A DNA stretch of 32,000 nt from Aliivibrio fischeri ES114. GTDB taxonomy: Bacteria > Pseudomonadota > Gammaproteobacteria > Enterobacterales > Vibrionaceae. The translations under genes and the position numbers were made by a program. Of this stretch, positions 19,542-28,795 are shown one piece after another (positions within the stretch are counted from its first letter, which is position 1; every line of letters starts with the position of its first letter). A model generated the notes under the pieces. It searched no databases and was not told the DNA's origin. It worked only from the letters and a program-made list of their open reading frames with translations. The stretch lies in NCBI RefSeq assembly GCF_000011805.1, contig NC_006841.2; one strand, 5' to 3'.

Positions 19542-20222
19542 ATGCCAGCCTTATCAGTTTTATTGATGGATAGTTTCAACTACTTCAAAAAGCATTTTAT
19601 TGCCTTTTGTATGCTTGTTCTTCCATTTGCGCTTATCACTAATGGGATAGCGTTAAGCTTTAATGAGAACGATGGTCCAGGTAAGTTTTTAGTATATATG
19701 CTATTTATTTTGACTATCTATCCTTTTTATAAAGGAGCTATTCTCTATTACATCGCTTATTCATTTGATGGAAGAAGAGTTCCATTTAGTCAGTTATATC
19801 AAATACCGGCCAAAACATGGTTTTCGTTTGTATTGATGAACATGATTTTGGGATTAGCGATTTTAATGGGGTTCATGGCGCTTATTCTACCAGGTTTGTA
19901 TTTGATGGCTCGTTTCTCATTTACAGAGATCTATTGTGTTCTCTATAAAGAAAAAACAAATTATGCGATTAAATTGGGTTGGCATGATACAAAAAACAAT
20001 TACTGGGTGTTATTTAAAGGTTTAGTTATTATTTTTGGTTTTACTACTGGTTTGATGTGGGCACTAGAATATGGACTTGGTTTAATTGGCTTGCAATCGC
20101 CAGTATTGTCTTTCATTTTTTCTATTTCTGAAGTGGTTTTATCAATGATGAACACGATTTTTATCTTTAGAGTGTTTACAGTAAATACGACTAAACTAGA
20201 AGAAATCCAAGCTATTGAATAA
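19542..20222 (+). CDS. YciC-like polytopic membrane protein
   Basis: 226 aa, about six TM segments; GLYLMARFSFTEIYCVLYKEKTNYAIKLGWHDTKNNYW resembles the YciC/UPF0259 family as recalled. Confidence 0.6.
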   Translation: MPALSVLLMDSFNYFKKHFIAFCMLVLPFALITNGIALSFNENDGPGKFLVYMLFILTIYPFYKGAILYYIAYSFDGRRVPFSQLYQIPAKTWFSFVLMNMILGLAILMGFMALILPGLYLMARFSFTEIYCVLYKEKTNYAIKLGWHDTKNNYWVLFKGLVIIFGFTTGLMWALEYGLGLIGLQSPVLSFIFSISEVVLSMMNTIFIFRVFTVNTTKLEEIQAIE

Positions 20223-20251
20223 TTAATAGTTTTATCATTATTTATTATAAA

Positions 20252-20287
20252 AACGGTCAACTTTATAAGGTTGACCGTTTTTTTATG
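20252..20287 (+). terminator. Intrinsic terminator
   Basis: AAAAACGGTCAAC tttataag GTTGACCGTTTTTTT. Confidence 0.85.
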
Positions 20288-20367
20288 TAAAATTATTAAT
20301 GAGACAGCTGTTGCAAAAATGTTGCATTCTGTTGGTCTGTGCAAATTTTAGATGACATGATGTTTCG

Positions 20368-20395
20368 AAATGTAAATGTAAATGTAAATGTAAAT
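20368..20395. repeat. Short tandem repeat, TGTAAA x4 plus partial unit
   Basis: aaaTGTAAATGTAAATGTAAATGTAAAt, 20 nt upstream of the chemoreceptor start codon. Confidence 0.95.
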
Positions 20396-20415
20396 ATCGG
20401 ATTTAGGATGTTTCT

Positions 20416-22281
20416 ATGAAGTTTCGACACAAAATTATTTTAGCTTTTTCAATTACTATGACAGTGACTTTGGCTCTATTAAGTACTGTTCAATACCTCA
20501 ATATGAAAAAAGAAGTAGAGCATGAAGTTCAATCAAGTATTCATGAGATTGTTGATGGTGTACGCACAACGGTGAATTCAGAACTAGCGGGAAAAACGTT
20601 ATTAGCCGAATACGTAACAGAAATTGCTGAAAGAGATTTGAACTCAAAAACGCTTGAGACAATCTTAAGCCAACCTCAAGTAAAAAAAGCATTTGTACTC
20701 GCGGGTATCGGTTTTGAAGATGGGCATGATTTTGTTAGTAATGATCCAACGTGGGATCCACAAGGGTATGATGCAAGGACCCGTGGTTGGTATAAATCCG
20801 CAAAGCAAGAAAATGGCACAATAATCACAGAGCCTTACGAGGATGCGCTTACTGGAGAAATTCTGATTTCAATTGCAACGGCAGTAAAATCAGATAATCA
20901 GTTTATTGGGTCTGTTTTTTTCGATTTGAGCTTAGGAAGTTTGGCTGAGTTAGTGAATCAAGTTGAACTATTTGATGCTGGATACTTATTTATTGTGGAT
21001 AAAGCAGGAACCGTTATCGCCCATCCTGATAGTCAATATAATGGTCAATCTATGGCGTCATTCTTACCAAATATTCAATTAAGCTCAAATTTACAAACAA
21101 TAGAGGTGAATGGAGCGACACATGATGTCTCATTTACCTCTATTGATGGGTACCCTTGGTCGATTGGTGTTGTTCTGGATGAAGGCAAAGTTTTTAAACA
21201 AATTAATGAATTAAAAAATGATTCATTAATATATTCAGTTATTGCGGTTATTGTTTCAATTATTTTGATGCTGATGTTTATTACTCATCTTATTCGTCCT
21301 GTTCAAACATTAAATTCTGCAATTCAGAACGTAGCATCAGGAGAAGCGGATTTAACGCAGCGACTTGATACCAAAATTGATCCTGAATTTGCGCCTCTAG
21401 CGGAAGGCTTTAATCAGTTTATTATTAATCTTCAAACTCAAGTAACAGAAACCAAAGCGTTAAGTCACCAATTAAATCAAGGGGCTCAGAAGATCTTAGT
21501 AGGCGCAAATGACTCAGAAACCGCAATGAATACGCAAATGATGGAGTTAGAGCAACTGGCAACGGCCATGAATGAGATGGCTGCTACATCGGTTGATGTG
21601 GCTGGAAACGTACAAAGTGCCGCTGAATATGCCAAAAAAGCGGACAGTGCAACCGAGCATGGTATGACGGTTGTAAATCAAACATCAGAAGAAATTACTG
21701 ATCTATCAACGAACATTAATCAAGCTGTAGAAGAAGTTGGAAAACTAGAAAAAGCGACGGACAGCATTGGTACAATTTTGCGTGTTATCAATGATATTGC
21801 AGAGCAAACCAATTTGCTGGCTCTGAATGCGGCAATAGAATCGGCAAGAGCAGGAGAGGCCGGCCGCGGGTTTGCAGTTGTTGCTGATGAAGTCAGAACC
21901 CTTGCTAAGCGTACGCAAGAATCGACAACAGAAATAGCGACAATGATTGAACAATTACAATCAGGTGCAGCAAGTGTTTCTTCTTCAATGCTAAGTAGCC
22001 AACAAAGGGCGGATTCTACCGTTGATAAAGCAAAGCAAACCGCTGAAGCATTAACTCAGATAAGAGAAACAATTCAACAAATTAATGATATGAATATTCA
22101 TATAGCTTCTGCAGCGGAAGAGCAAAGTCATGTTGCTGAAGAAATAAATGGAAAGACCGTGAATATTAAAGATTTGTCAGTATTGGTTCATGAAGCGGCA
22201 CAAGGTGCTGCGGTTGCCATTAACGAACAGGTGAGTGTGGTTGAAAACCAAGAAAAGATAATGAATAAGTTTACAGTGTAA
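20416..22281 (+). CDS. Methyl-accepting chemotaxis protein with dCache sensor domain
   Basis: TM - periplasmic domain with [12 protein letters not shown] - TM - HAMP - signalling hairpin [43 protein letters not shown]. Confidence 0.95.
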   Translation: MKFRHKIILAFSITMTVTLALLSTVQYLNMKKEVEHEVQSSIHEIVDGVRTTVNSELAGKTLLAEYVTEIAERDLNSKTLETILSQPQVKKAFVLAGIGFEDGHDFVSNDPTWDPQGYDARTRGWYKSAKQENGTIITEPYEDALTGEILISIATAVKSDNQFIGSVFFDLSLGSLAELVNQVELFDAGYLFIVDKAGTVIAHPDSQYNGQSMASFLPNIQLSSNLQTIEVNGATHDVSFTSIDGYPWSIGVVLDEGKVFKQINELKNDSLIYSVIAVIVSIILMLMFITHLIRPVQTLNSAIQNVASGEADLTQRLDTKIDPEFAPLAEGFNQFIINLQTQVTETKALSHQLNQGAQKILVGANDSETAMNTQMMELEQLATAMNEMAATSVDVAGNVQSAAEYAKKADSATEHGMTVVNQTSEEITDLSTNINQAVEEVGKLEKATDSIGTILRVINDIAEQTNLLALNAAIESARAGEAGRGFAVVADEVRTLAKRTQESTTEIATMIEQLQSGAASVSSSMLSSQQRADSTVDKAKQTAEALTQIRETIQQINDMNIHIASAAEEQSHVAEEINGKTVNIKDLSVLVHEAAQGAAVAINEQVSVVENQEKIMNKFTV

Positions 22282-22311
22282 CTGACGTATAACTATCAAT
22301 TAAATTGATAT

Positions 22312-22341
22312 AAAAGCTCAAGAGTATTCTTGAGCTTTTTT
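22312..22341. terminator. Bidirectional terminator
   Basis: AAAAGCTCAAGA gtat TCTTGAGCTTTTTT between convergent genes. Confidence 0.85.
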
Positions 22342-22352
22342 AGTTATGCTAG

Positions 22353-23213
22353 CTATTGGCGTTCCCAGTAATTAAATAGTTGAGAGAGAATAAAACAGAG
22401 AACGAAATAGCTAAGTGCTACAAAAATCCAAATTTCAAAAATCATACCGCTTGAGTTCGCGATTTCAGTACCTACAAAAGTTAACTCTTGTATTGAAATT
22501 AAAGAGATAATAGAAGAATCTTTAACTAAAGAGATACATTGTCCAGCTAGAGGTGGAATGATCACTTTAAATACTTGCGGGGCAATAATGTATCGATATC
22601 GATGCCAAGTTGATAACCCCAGTGTTTTTGCTGCTTCATGTTGACCTTTAGGTATTGCATCCAAGCCTGAGCGTACGACTTCACCAATATAAGCGGCAGA
22701 GATCATACCAATACACAATACTCCCGCCGTTAAGTTCTCCCACAGATTAGCTGAGCCAAAAAGAAATTGTTGCAGTAAGTTAATATCACCAGAGTGTTCG
22801 CGTAATAAGTTTTCAAGACCTAATAAAGGAACCAGTTGGTTGGCAATAAAAAAGTAAAATATGAAAATAAAGACCAAAGGTGGAATGTTTCTGATCAGTT
22901 GGATATAGCTATTTGATAACGCTCTAATCACAGTAAAATTTGAACGGCGTCCTAAGCCTAATAAGACACCGAAACAAATGGCAAAGAGCATCCCCCAAAA
23001 CGTTAAACGTAATGTTGAAAACAAACCATCAAAAAAGTAAGGGAGAGAACCATCCGCTTTTGGAGTAAATAAAAGCTGAATGGCTTTAGACCACTGCCAA
23101 TGATAAGCCAAGGTACCACTATCTTTGGTCAATAACCAAGTGACAAACCCTATGATAATGATCAGTAATCCCCAATCTAATCGATTGAGCCTAAAGGATG
23201 CTCTTTGATACAT
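22353..23213 (-). CDS. Polar amino acid ABC transporter permease
   Basis: HisM/GlnP-type TM domain: FFDGLFSTLRLTFWGMLFA, EAAKTLGLSTWHRYRYIIAPQVFKVIIPPL, LVKDSSIISLISIQELT. Confidence 0.9.
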   Translation of the reverse strand: MYQRASFRLNRLDWGLLIIIIGFVTWLLTKDSGTLAYHWQWSKAIQLLFTPKADGSLPYFFDGLFSTLRLTFWGMLFAICFGVLLGLGRRSNFTVIRALSNSYIQLIRNIPPLVFIFIFYFFIANQLVPLLGLENLLREHSGDINLLQQFLFGSANLWENLTAGVLCIGMISAAYIGEVVRSGLDAIPKGQHEAAKTLGLSTWHRYRYIIAPQVFKVIIPPLAGQCISLVKDSSIISLISIQELTFVGTEIANSSGMIFEIWIFVALSYFVLCFILSQLFNYWERQ

Positions 23214-23216
23214 TTT

Positions 23217-24026
23217 TTATTTCGCTGTTTGTGATTGCCAATCTAGGCTTGTAAACCAATAGTCGTAACGCTCTTTTAACCAACCGTCATCGGTACGAGC
23301 TTTGATCCACTCATCAAAATACGCTTTTTTATCTTCTTCACCTAAACGAACAGCAAAGGCTTCATTGCCTTGTGATAAACGCTCTTTAAATGGTAAGTAA
23401 AGAATATCAGCGTGTTTAAGCGTATCAAACTCTGGTTTAGGTGTTGATGCTGCTACGGCGTGAGCATTACCATTTAATACTTCTTGGAAGGCTTGTGCTT
23501 CATCATCAAATTGTAGAACTTTTGCTTTTGGAAAGTGTTCTTTGATAGCTGCAACGGTAATTGAACCACGGCGTGCTGCAAATTTTACGCGTCTTGAATT
23601 GAAGTCTTCACGAGTAAAGCCGTCCGTTAACTCTTTATTAGCAGCAACCTGTACACCTGAGTGTGAATATGGAACAGTAAACAGAACACTTTTTGAACGT
23701 TCATCAGTAATTGTTAATCCACCGATAATGACGTCAAATTTACCAGAAATAAGAGAGGGAATAATGCCATCCCAAGCTGTAGGTATAAACTCAACTTTTA
23801 AACCAGAGTCTGCAGCAAGACGCTTTGCCACATCGACTTCAAAACCAATTAACTCACCTTGTTGATTTCTCATCGCCCATGGAACAAAAGTACTTAAGCC
23901 TACTTTTAATGTACCACGCTCTTGAATTTTGTCTAAATTGGGTGTGCTGTCGATTGTCGTTGCGGAAAATGCTGAACTACTAAATAGTAAACTTAATCCA
24001 AAAAACGAAAGTAATAGGTGCTTCAT
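23217..24026 (-). CDS. Periplasmic amino acid-binding protein of the ABC transporter
   Basis: Signal peptide MKHLLLSFFGLSLLFSSSAFSA; GTLKVGLSTFVPWAMRNQQGELIGFEVDVAKRLA. TAAGGAG ribosome-binding site precedes ATG 24026; the track's 24134 start overlaps the upstream permease gene. Confidence 0.9.
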   Translation of the reverse strand: MKHLLLSFFGLSLLFSSSAFSATTIDSTPNLDKIQERGTLKVGLSTFVPWAMRNQQGELIGFEVDVAKRLAADSGLKVEFIPTAWDGIIPSLISGKFDVIIGGLTITDERSKSVLFTVPYSHSGVQVAANKELTDGFTREDFNSRRVKFAARRGSITVAAIKEHFPKAKVLQFDDEAQAFQEVLNGNAHAVAASTPKPEFDTLKHADILYLPFKERLSQGNEAFAVRLGEEDKKAYFDEWIKARTDDGWLKERYDYWFTSLDWQSQTAK

Positions 24027-24040
24027 GCGAGTTGTTCTCC

Positions 24041-24835
24041 TTAGTGTGCGTTGTGCATTCTGTATTCTAGCCATGCTGATAAAGCAGAAAGGCTTAATGT
24101 AATCATTAAATAGATGGCGGCCACTGTAAACCAAATTTCAAATGGCATGGCTGTATCCGATACAATATTTCTTCCCTCAGTAGTAAGGTCAAAAATAGCC
24201 ATTACACTGACTATAGAAGAGTTTTTAACTAAGGAAACTAATTCGTTGGTTAGTGAGGGTAAGGTTTTTCTAATTACTTGAGGTAAAACAACATATCGAT
24301 AGCTATTGAATTGAGAAAGTCCTAATGTCTTACACGCCTCAAATTGCCCTTTAGGTAGATTGATTAAACCTGAACGTAAGATTTCGGCTGTATATGCTCC
24401 TTGAAACAAAGCTAAAGCTAAGACGGCAGTAGTGAAACGCTCTAAGCCTAAAAAAGGACCAAAAACGAAATACAATAAATAGATTTGAACCAATAATGGG
24501 GTATTACGGATCAACTCAATGTATAGCGTTGATATTGTTTTACCTACAATAGAGTTTGATAGGCGCAATAATGCAGTTACCAGAGCAATAGCAAGTGTTG
24601 CAATCGCACTGATGGCGGATATTTGTAAAGTAACCAACAAACCTTCAATTAGTTCTGCAGGAAACCATTCCCCATCTTCATAAAAGAAAATGAAGTCAGG
24701 AACTCGATCCCATTGCCATTGATAGTTCATGGCTTGAGCACCACTGTCCAAAACCCAAAAAAGACCTAAACTAAGTAATACGATCTGAAGAGTTGCAGAG
24801 AGAACTGGTGCAAAAATACGAGTAAAGTAATTCAT
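24041..24835 (-). CDS. Polar amino acid ABC transporter permease
   Basis: EGLLVTLQISAISAIATLAIA, EACKTLGLSQFNSYRYVVLPQVIRKTLPSL, LVKNSSIVSVMAIFDLT. Confidence 0.9.
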   Translation of the reverse strand: MNYFTRIFAPVLSATLQIVLLSLGLFWVLDSGAQAMNYQWQWDRVPDFIFFYEDGEWFPAELIEGLLVTLQISAISAIATLAIALVTALLRLSNSIVGKTISTLYIELIRNTPLLVQIYLLYFVFGPFLGLERFTTAVLALALFQGAYTAEILRSGLINLPKGQFEACKTLGLSQFNSYRYVVLPQVIRKTLPSLTNELVSLVKNSSIVSVMAIFDLTTEGRNIVSDTAMPFEIWFTVAAIYLMITLSLSALSAWLEYRMHNAH

Positions 24836-24836
24836 C

Positions 24837-25583
24837 TTAATAGCTTAATATTTGGTTTAAAAAGCGTTGAGTTCGAGTGTGTTGTGGGGATTCAAAAAAC
24901 TGGAGAGGCTCTGCAATCTCAACAATTTCACCTTCATCCATAAAAACGACTCTATCTGCTACCTTTTTGGCAAATCCCATTTCATGGGTAACACAAACCA
25001 TTGTGATGCCTTCTTTAGCTAAATCCGACATTACATCAAGCACCTCACTGATCATTTCAGGATCAAGAGCAGAAGTTGGTTCATCAAATAAGAGAATTTT
25101 AGGTTCCATACACAATGAACGAGCAATAGCGACGCGTTGTTGTTGACCGCCAGAAAGCTGTGATGGGTACTTATCAGCTTGTTCAGCGATATTGACGCGT
25201 TTTAAATACGTTAATGCACGCTCTTTTGCTTGAGCCTTAGAAAGTTTTAACGTTTTGATTGGAGATAGGGTTAGGTTTTCTAACACGGTTAAATGTGGGA
25301 AAAGATTAAAGTGTTGAAATACCATGCCAATTTTCCCTTTATCAAGGTGCTTTGGTGATAACACCTCACCAAAAAGTGAAAGCTGACCATTCTGGATGGA
25401 CTCTAATGCATTAATGCAGCGAATAAGCGTAGATTTTCCTGATCCAGAAGGACCACAAATAACGACTTTTTCACCTTCTTGAATGGCTAAGTTGATATTT
25501 TTTAGCGCATGAAATTGGTCGTAAAATTTATCAACAGCTTCAAAAGTAATGACATTTGTTCTCTTTGTATTTTTTATCGTCAC
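24837..25583 (-). CDS. Polar amino acid ABC transporter ATPase (GlnQ-type)
   Basis: Walker [10 protein letters not shown], signature [13 protein letters not shown], Walker [15 protein letters not shown], switch His [10 protein letters not shown]. Confidence 0.95.
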   Translation of the reverse strand: MTIKNTKRTNVITFEAVDKFYDQFHALKNINLAIQEGEKVVICGPSGSGKSTLIRCINALESIQNGQLSLFGEVLSPKHLDKGKIGMVFQHFNLFPHLTVLENLTLSPIKTLKLSKAQAKERALTYLKRVNIAEQADKYPSQLSGGQQQRVAIARSLCMEPKILLFDEPTSALDPEMISEVLDVMSDLAKEGITMVCVTHEMGFAKKVADRVVFMDEGEIVEIAEPLQFFESPQHTRTQRFLNQILSY

Positions 25584-25831
25584 AATTAGTCCTTTCAGTT
25601 ACTAGCCAAAGTTACTGTAACATATTCATTAAACTAAAGAAGTGATTCTTGTTTCTTTGATTGTTTATTGCGCAAAAAATGAGGTTATGTGTGGTTCATG
25701 TCAAAAGAGGTATGAGTAGTAAGTTATATTAAATTAACCATTGCACAACAGAACAAGACACGTTACGTTAACAGAATGGAGAATAAAGATGCAGGAAGAT
25801 AACCTGTATAACAGAGATGGAAGAATAAGCA

Positions 25832-26884
25832 ATGTATCAAACTGATGATGTACGAATTAAACAAGTAAAAGAACTTTTACCGCCTGTTGCTGTACTAGAA
25901 AAATTTCCGACAACTGAAACTGCTGCTAAAACGGTGTTTCAGTCTCGTCAAGCTATTCATAATATTCTTCAAGGTGAGGATGACCGTCTTTTAGTAATTA
26001 TAGGACCATGTTCTATTCATGATCCAAAAGCGGCACTAGAGTATGGTGAAAAGCTAAAAGTATTGCGTGATGAGTTGGGTGATCGTTTAGAAGTAGTGAT
26101 GCGTGTTTATTTTGAAAAACCGCGTACCACAGTTGGATGGAAAGGGTTAATCAATGACCCTTATATGGATGATTCATTTAAATTGAATGATGGTCTACGC
26201 ATTGGTCGTAAATTGTTGCTTGATCTAACGGATATGGGATTGCCAACAGCTGGTGAATTTTTAGATATGATCACTCCTCAATACATGGGTGACCTAATCA
26301 GTTGGGGAGCAATTGGCGCTCGTACAACCGAATCTCAAGTTCACCGTGAGCTGTCTTCTGGTCTTTCATGCCCGGTAGGATTTAAAAACGGAACGGATGG
26401 TAATATCAAGATTGCAACGGATGCGATTCGTTCAGCAGGTTCATCACACCACTTTTTATCAGTAACGAAATATGGCCATTCTGCAATTGTAGAAACAGCA
26501 GGTAACCCTGATTGTCATATCATTCTTCGCGGTGGTAAAGAGCCGAACTACAGCGCAGAGCACGTTAAACCAGTTAAAGAGCAACTTGCTGCTTCTGGTT
26601 TACCGCAAAAAGTGATGATTGATTTCAGCCATGCAAACAGTTCAAAAGACTTTAAACGTCAAATGGTTGTTGCAGATGATGTTTGTGGCCAAATCTCAGG
26701 TGGTGAAGATGCTGTTTTCGGTGTCATGATTGAAAGCCATTTAGTAGAAGGTCGCCAAGATTTAGTTAACGGCAAAGTAGAAACTTATGGTCAATCGATT
26801 ACAGATGCTTGTATTGGTTGGGATGATACTGAAAAAGTACTTCGTCAATTAGCTGATTCAGTAACGGCACGACGTAATAAATAA
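25832..26884 (+). CDS. aroG: 3-deoxy-7-phosphoheptulonate (DAHP) synthase, type I
   Basis: LLVIIGPCSIHD, MRVYFEKPRTTVGWKGLINDP, GARTTESQ.HRELSSGLSCPVGFKNGTDG, MIDFSHANSSKD. Isozyme assignment (aroG over aroF/aroH) is less certain than the function. Confidence 0.92.
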   Translation: MYQTDDVRIKQVKELLPPVAVLEKFPTTETAAKTVFQSRQAIHNILQGEDDRLLVIIGPCSIHDPKAALEYGEKLKVLRDELGDRLEVVMRVYFEKPRTTVGWKGLINDPYMDDSFKLNDGLRIGRKLLLDLTDMGLPTAGEFLDMITPQYMGDLISWGAIGARTTESQVHRELSSGLSCPVGFKNGTDGNIKIATDAIRSAGSSHHFLSVTKYGHSAIVETAGNPDCHIILRGGKEPNYSAEHVKPVKEQLAASGLPQKVMIDFSHANSSKDFKRQMVVADDVCGQISGGEDAVFGVMIESHLVEGRQDLVNGKVETYGQSITDACIGWDDTEKVLRQLADSVTARRNK

Positions 26885-26903
26885 GAGTTCTTTATAAAAC
26901 ATA

Positions 26904-26936
26904 AACGCCAACAGTGTATGCTGTTGGCGTTTTTTT
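26904..26936 (+). terminator. Intrinsic terminator downstream of the DAHP synthase gene
   Basis: AACGCCAACAG tgtatg CTGTTGGCGTTTTTTT. Confidence 0.85.
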
Positions 26937-28569
26937 ATCCTTGTCCTTTTGCCATTGTAACCGTACGTTTTAATGTCCATCGCAGTAATAAAGGAATACT
27001 CTCAGGTCCCATTTCTTCGCAATGCTCCACAATAGCTAATGCGACATCCGGTTTTGCGTATTTTTTTAACGTTTTTACTATGATCTTTTTAGGTGGAACA
27101 GGTTGATCGGCTGAAATATTTGATAGTGTTCTGAATAACTCTTCAAAGCCGTGATGATATAAATAATGCTCAATATCTTTATGTGGTAGTTCTGTTAAAC
27201 GGTGACGCTCATGTTCGTTTTCGAGCTGGTTTTTTACTGCAAAGGCGTATTTTTTCCCAGCTGGATCACCATCAGTAACCACATGCCACTCAATATGAAG
27301 TGCTTTGGCCATTTTTATTAATGATTTTAACCCTGACTGAGCAAACTCTATGATTTGTACTCCTTCAGCGGCAAGGTTATAACCAAGAATTCGAGCCATT
27401 TCATTAAATAACCATACTTCAGTTTCACCTTCAACAAGTAGCCAACAACGAGCAAATAAAGCATTAGAGCGTTGAAATCGAATATGAAACGTAATTCGAC
27501 GCAAATCATCACGAGATAAACTTGTCGGGGTTAAGGCGTAACTAGAGGTAGAATCAGACTCCCTAACTAAACGTCTTATGGATGATAATGGAACGGCGCT
27601 AAGCAATTCACTGCTGTTTGTTGTGAGTATTTTTTGCATGGGAATGTGGTTGAGTAATGTCCATGCTTGAATTAATTGTGTAGGGTGAAGACGACCTTCT
27701 GGATCTTCTACAATCATGACAGGTCGTGCTGATTGTTTTAATGTATTCGGTCCTTTTGCTCGTAAGTAGGTATTAAGTAAGCCTAATAATAATAATTTAG
27801 TCTGCTTGCTTTGATTTTGATTCACAAATTGGTTTAAAGAAACACCTTCTGCTTTTTGTCCAAAGAATAAGTCATCACGCACTTTATGTTGACCATGTCG
27901 TCTATGATTTCTAAAAGAAAAGTAATGATCAACGAGAGATTGCATTGATTGTAAGGCGCTTTTTATTTCTCCACTGCTTACTTGCCCTGGAGCTGTTAAT
28001 AGGCGTCGGCAGGTATTATTAATTCGTCGCTCAATTCGATCATCGGGAACGTGATCAGTAAAAGGGCCAGGGCTAAGTCGGCGTGAATCTCGGATCCTAA
28101 TAACAGGATGTAACTTGATGAGCTCATAAACCAAGCATTCAATACGGTGATAACGTAACACATTACCATCTTTATCTAAAAATGAGCTTGAAGAAGTTAT
28201 CTTTCCATCATTATTTGTCGCACTTACACGATAGTAAATACGTTGTGTATTGCTATTTGCATCATGTTGCCACAGTGAGGAGAGTTTTCTATAGCGACCC
28301 GCTTTATGTTCGTTTTTTTCTGTGGTTTGCCAAGTAATAATGATTTGAATATGTTGGTCTTGAGTGTATGAAATAGAGTGGTCTTGGTGAAAATCTTTAA
28401 GTGTAAATTGATGTAATTCGCCTGAAATGGGCAGGGCAATAGAAAGCGCATCAAGCAATGATGACTTGCCCCATGTATTTTCGCCTATCAAAGTGGTGAG
28501 TTGTTCAAAAGAAAGTGATAAGCGTTTAATGCCTCGAAATCCTGAAACTTCTATTCGTTCTAAGAGCAT
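26935..28569 (-). CDS. OLD-family ATP-dependent nuclease (YbjD/DUF2813-like), ABC-type ATPase plus Toprim
   Basis: MLLERIEVSGFRGIKRLSLSFEQLTTLIGENTWGKSSLLDAL (Walker A) and Toprim motifs LLVEGETEVWLF and VTDGDPAGKK. Confidence 0.85.
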   Translation of the reverse strand: MLLERIEVSGFRGIKRLSLSFEQLTTLIGENTWGKSSLLDALSIALPISGELHQFTLKDFHQDHSISYTQDQHIQIIITWQTTEKNEHKAGRYRKLSSLWQHDANSNTQRIYYRVSATNNDGKITSSSSFLDKDGNVLRYHRIECLVYELIKLHPVIRIRDSRRLSPGPFTDHVPDDRIERRINNTCRRLLTAPGQVSSGEIKSALQSMQSLVDHYFSFRNHRRHGQHKVRDDLFFGQKAEGVSLNQFVNQNQSKQTKLLLLGLLNTYLRAKGPNTLKQSARPVMIVEDPEGRLHPTQLIQAWTLLNHIPMQKILTTNSSELLSAVPLSSIRRLVRESDSTSSYALTPTSLSRDDLRRITFHIRFQRSNALFARCWLLVEGETEVWLFNEMARILGYNLAAEGVQIIEFAQSGLKSLIKMAKALHIEWHVVTDGDPAGKKYAFAVKNQLENEHERHRLTELPHKDIEHYLYHHGFEELFRTLSNISADQPVPPKKIIVKTLKKYAKPDVALAIVEHCEEMGPESIPLLLRWTLKRTVTMAKGQG

Positions 28570-28795
28570 ATGACTTCCTCATCAGATACTTGTATAAGTA
28601 ACTATATAGCATGTAACGAGAGTAAAGCATTATGGATATCACAATTATAGAATTGATTTTTTTGAATAAATTTCTTTGATAGTGCAATTTTCTTTATCTT
28701 CAAAAACGCAAAAGAACAATAAGTGATATGATAGTAGCTGGTTGTTTGATGAAGTTTGCGCAATTGAGTTTTAAAGCTTCGAAAAGGGAAAGAAG

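Noticed and set aside
26935-28569. Possible anti-phage system based on the OLD-type nuclease
   Set aside because: It resembles the chromosomal YbjD family, stands alone without a GajB, reverse transcriptase or other defence partner, and sits among housekeeping genes. A defence role is possible but unsupported.
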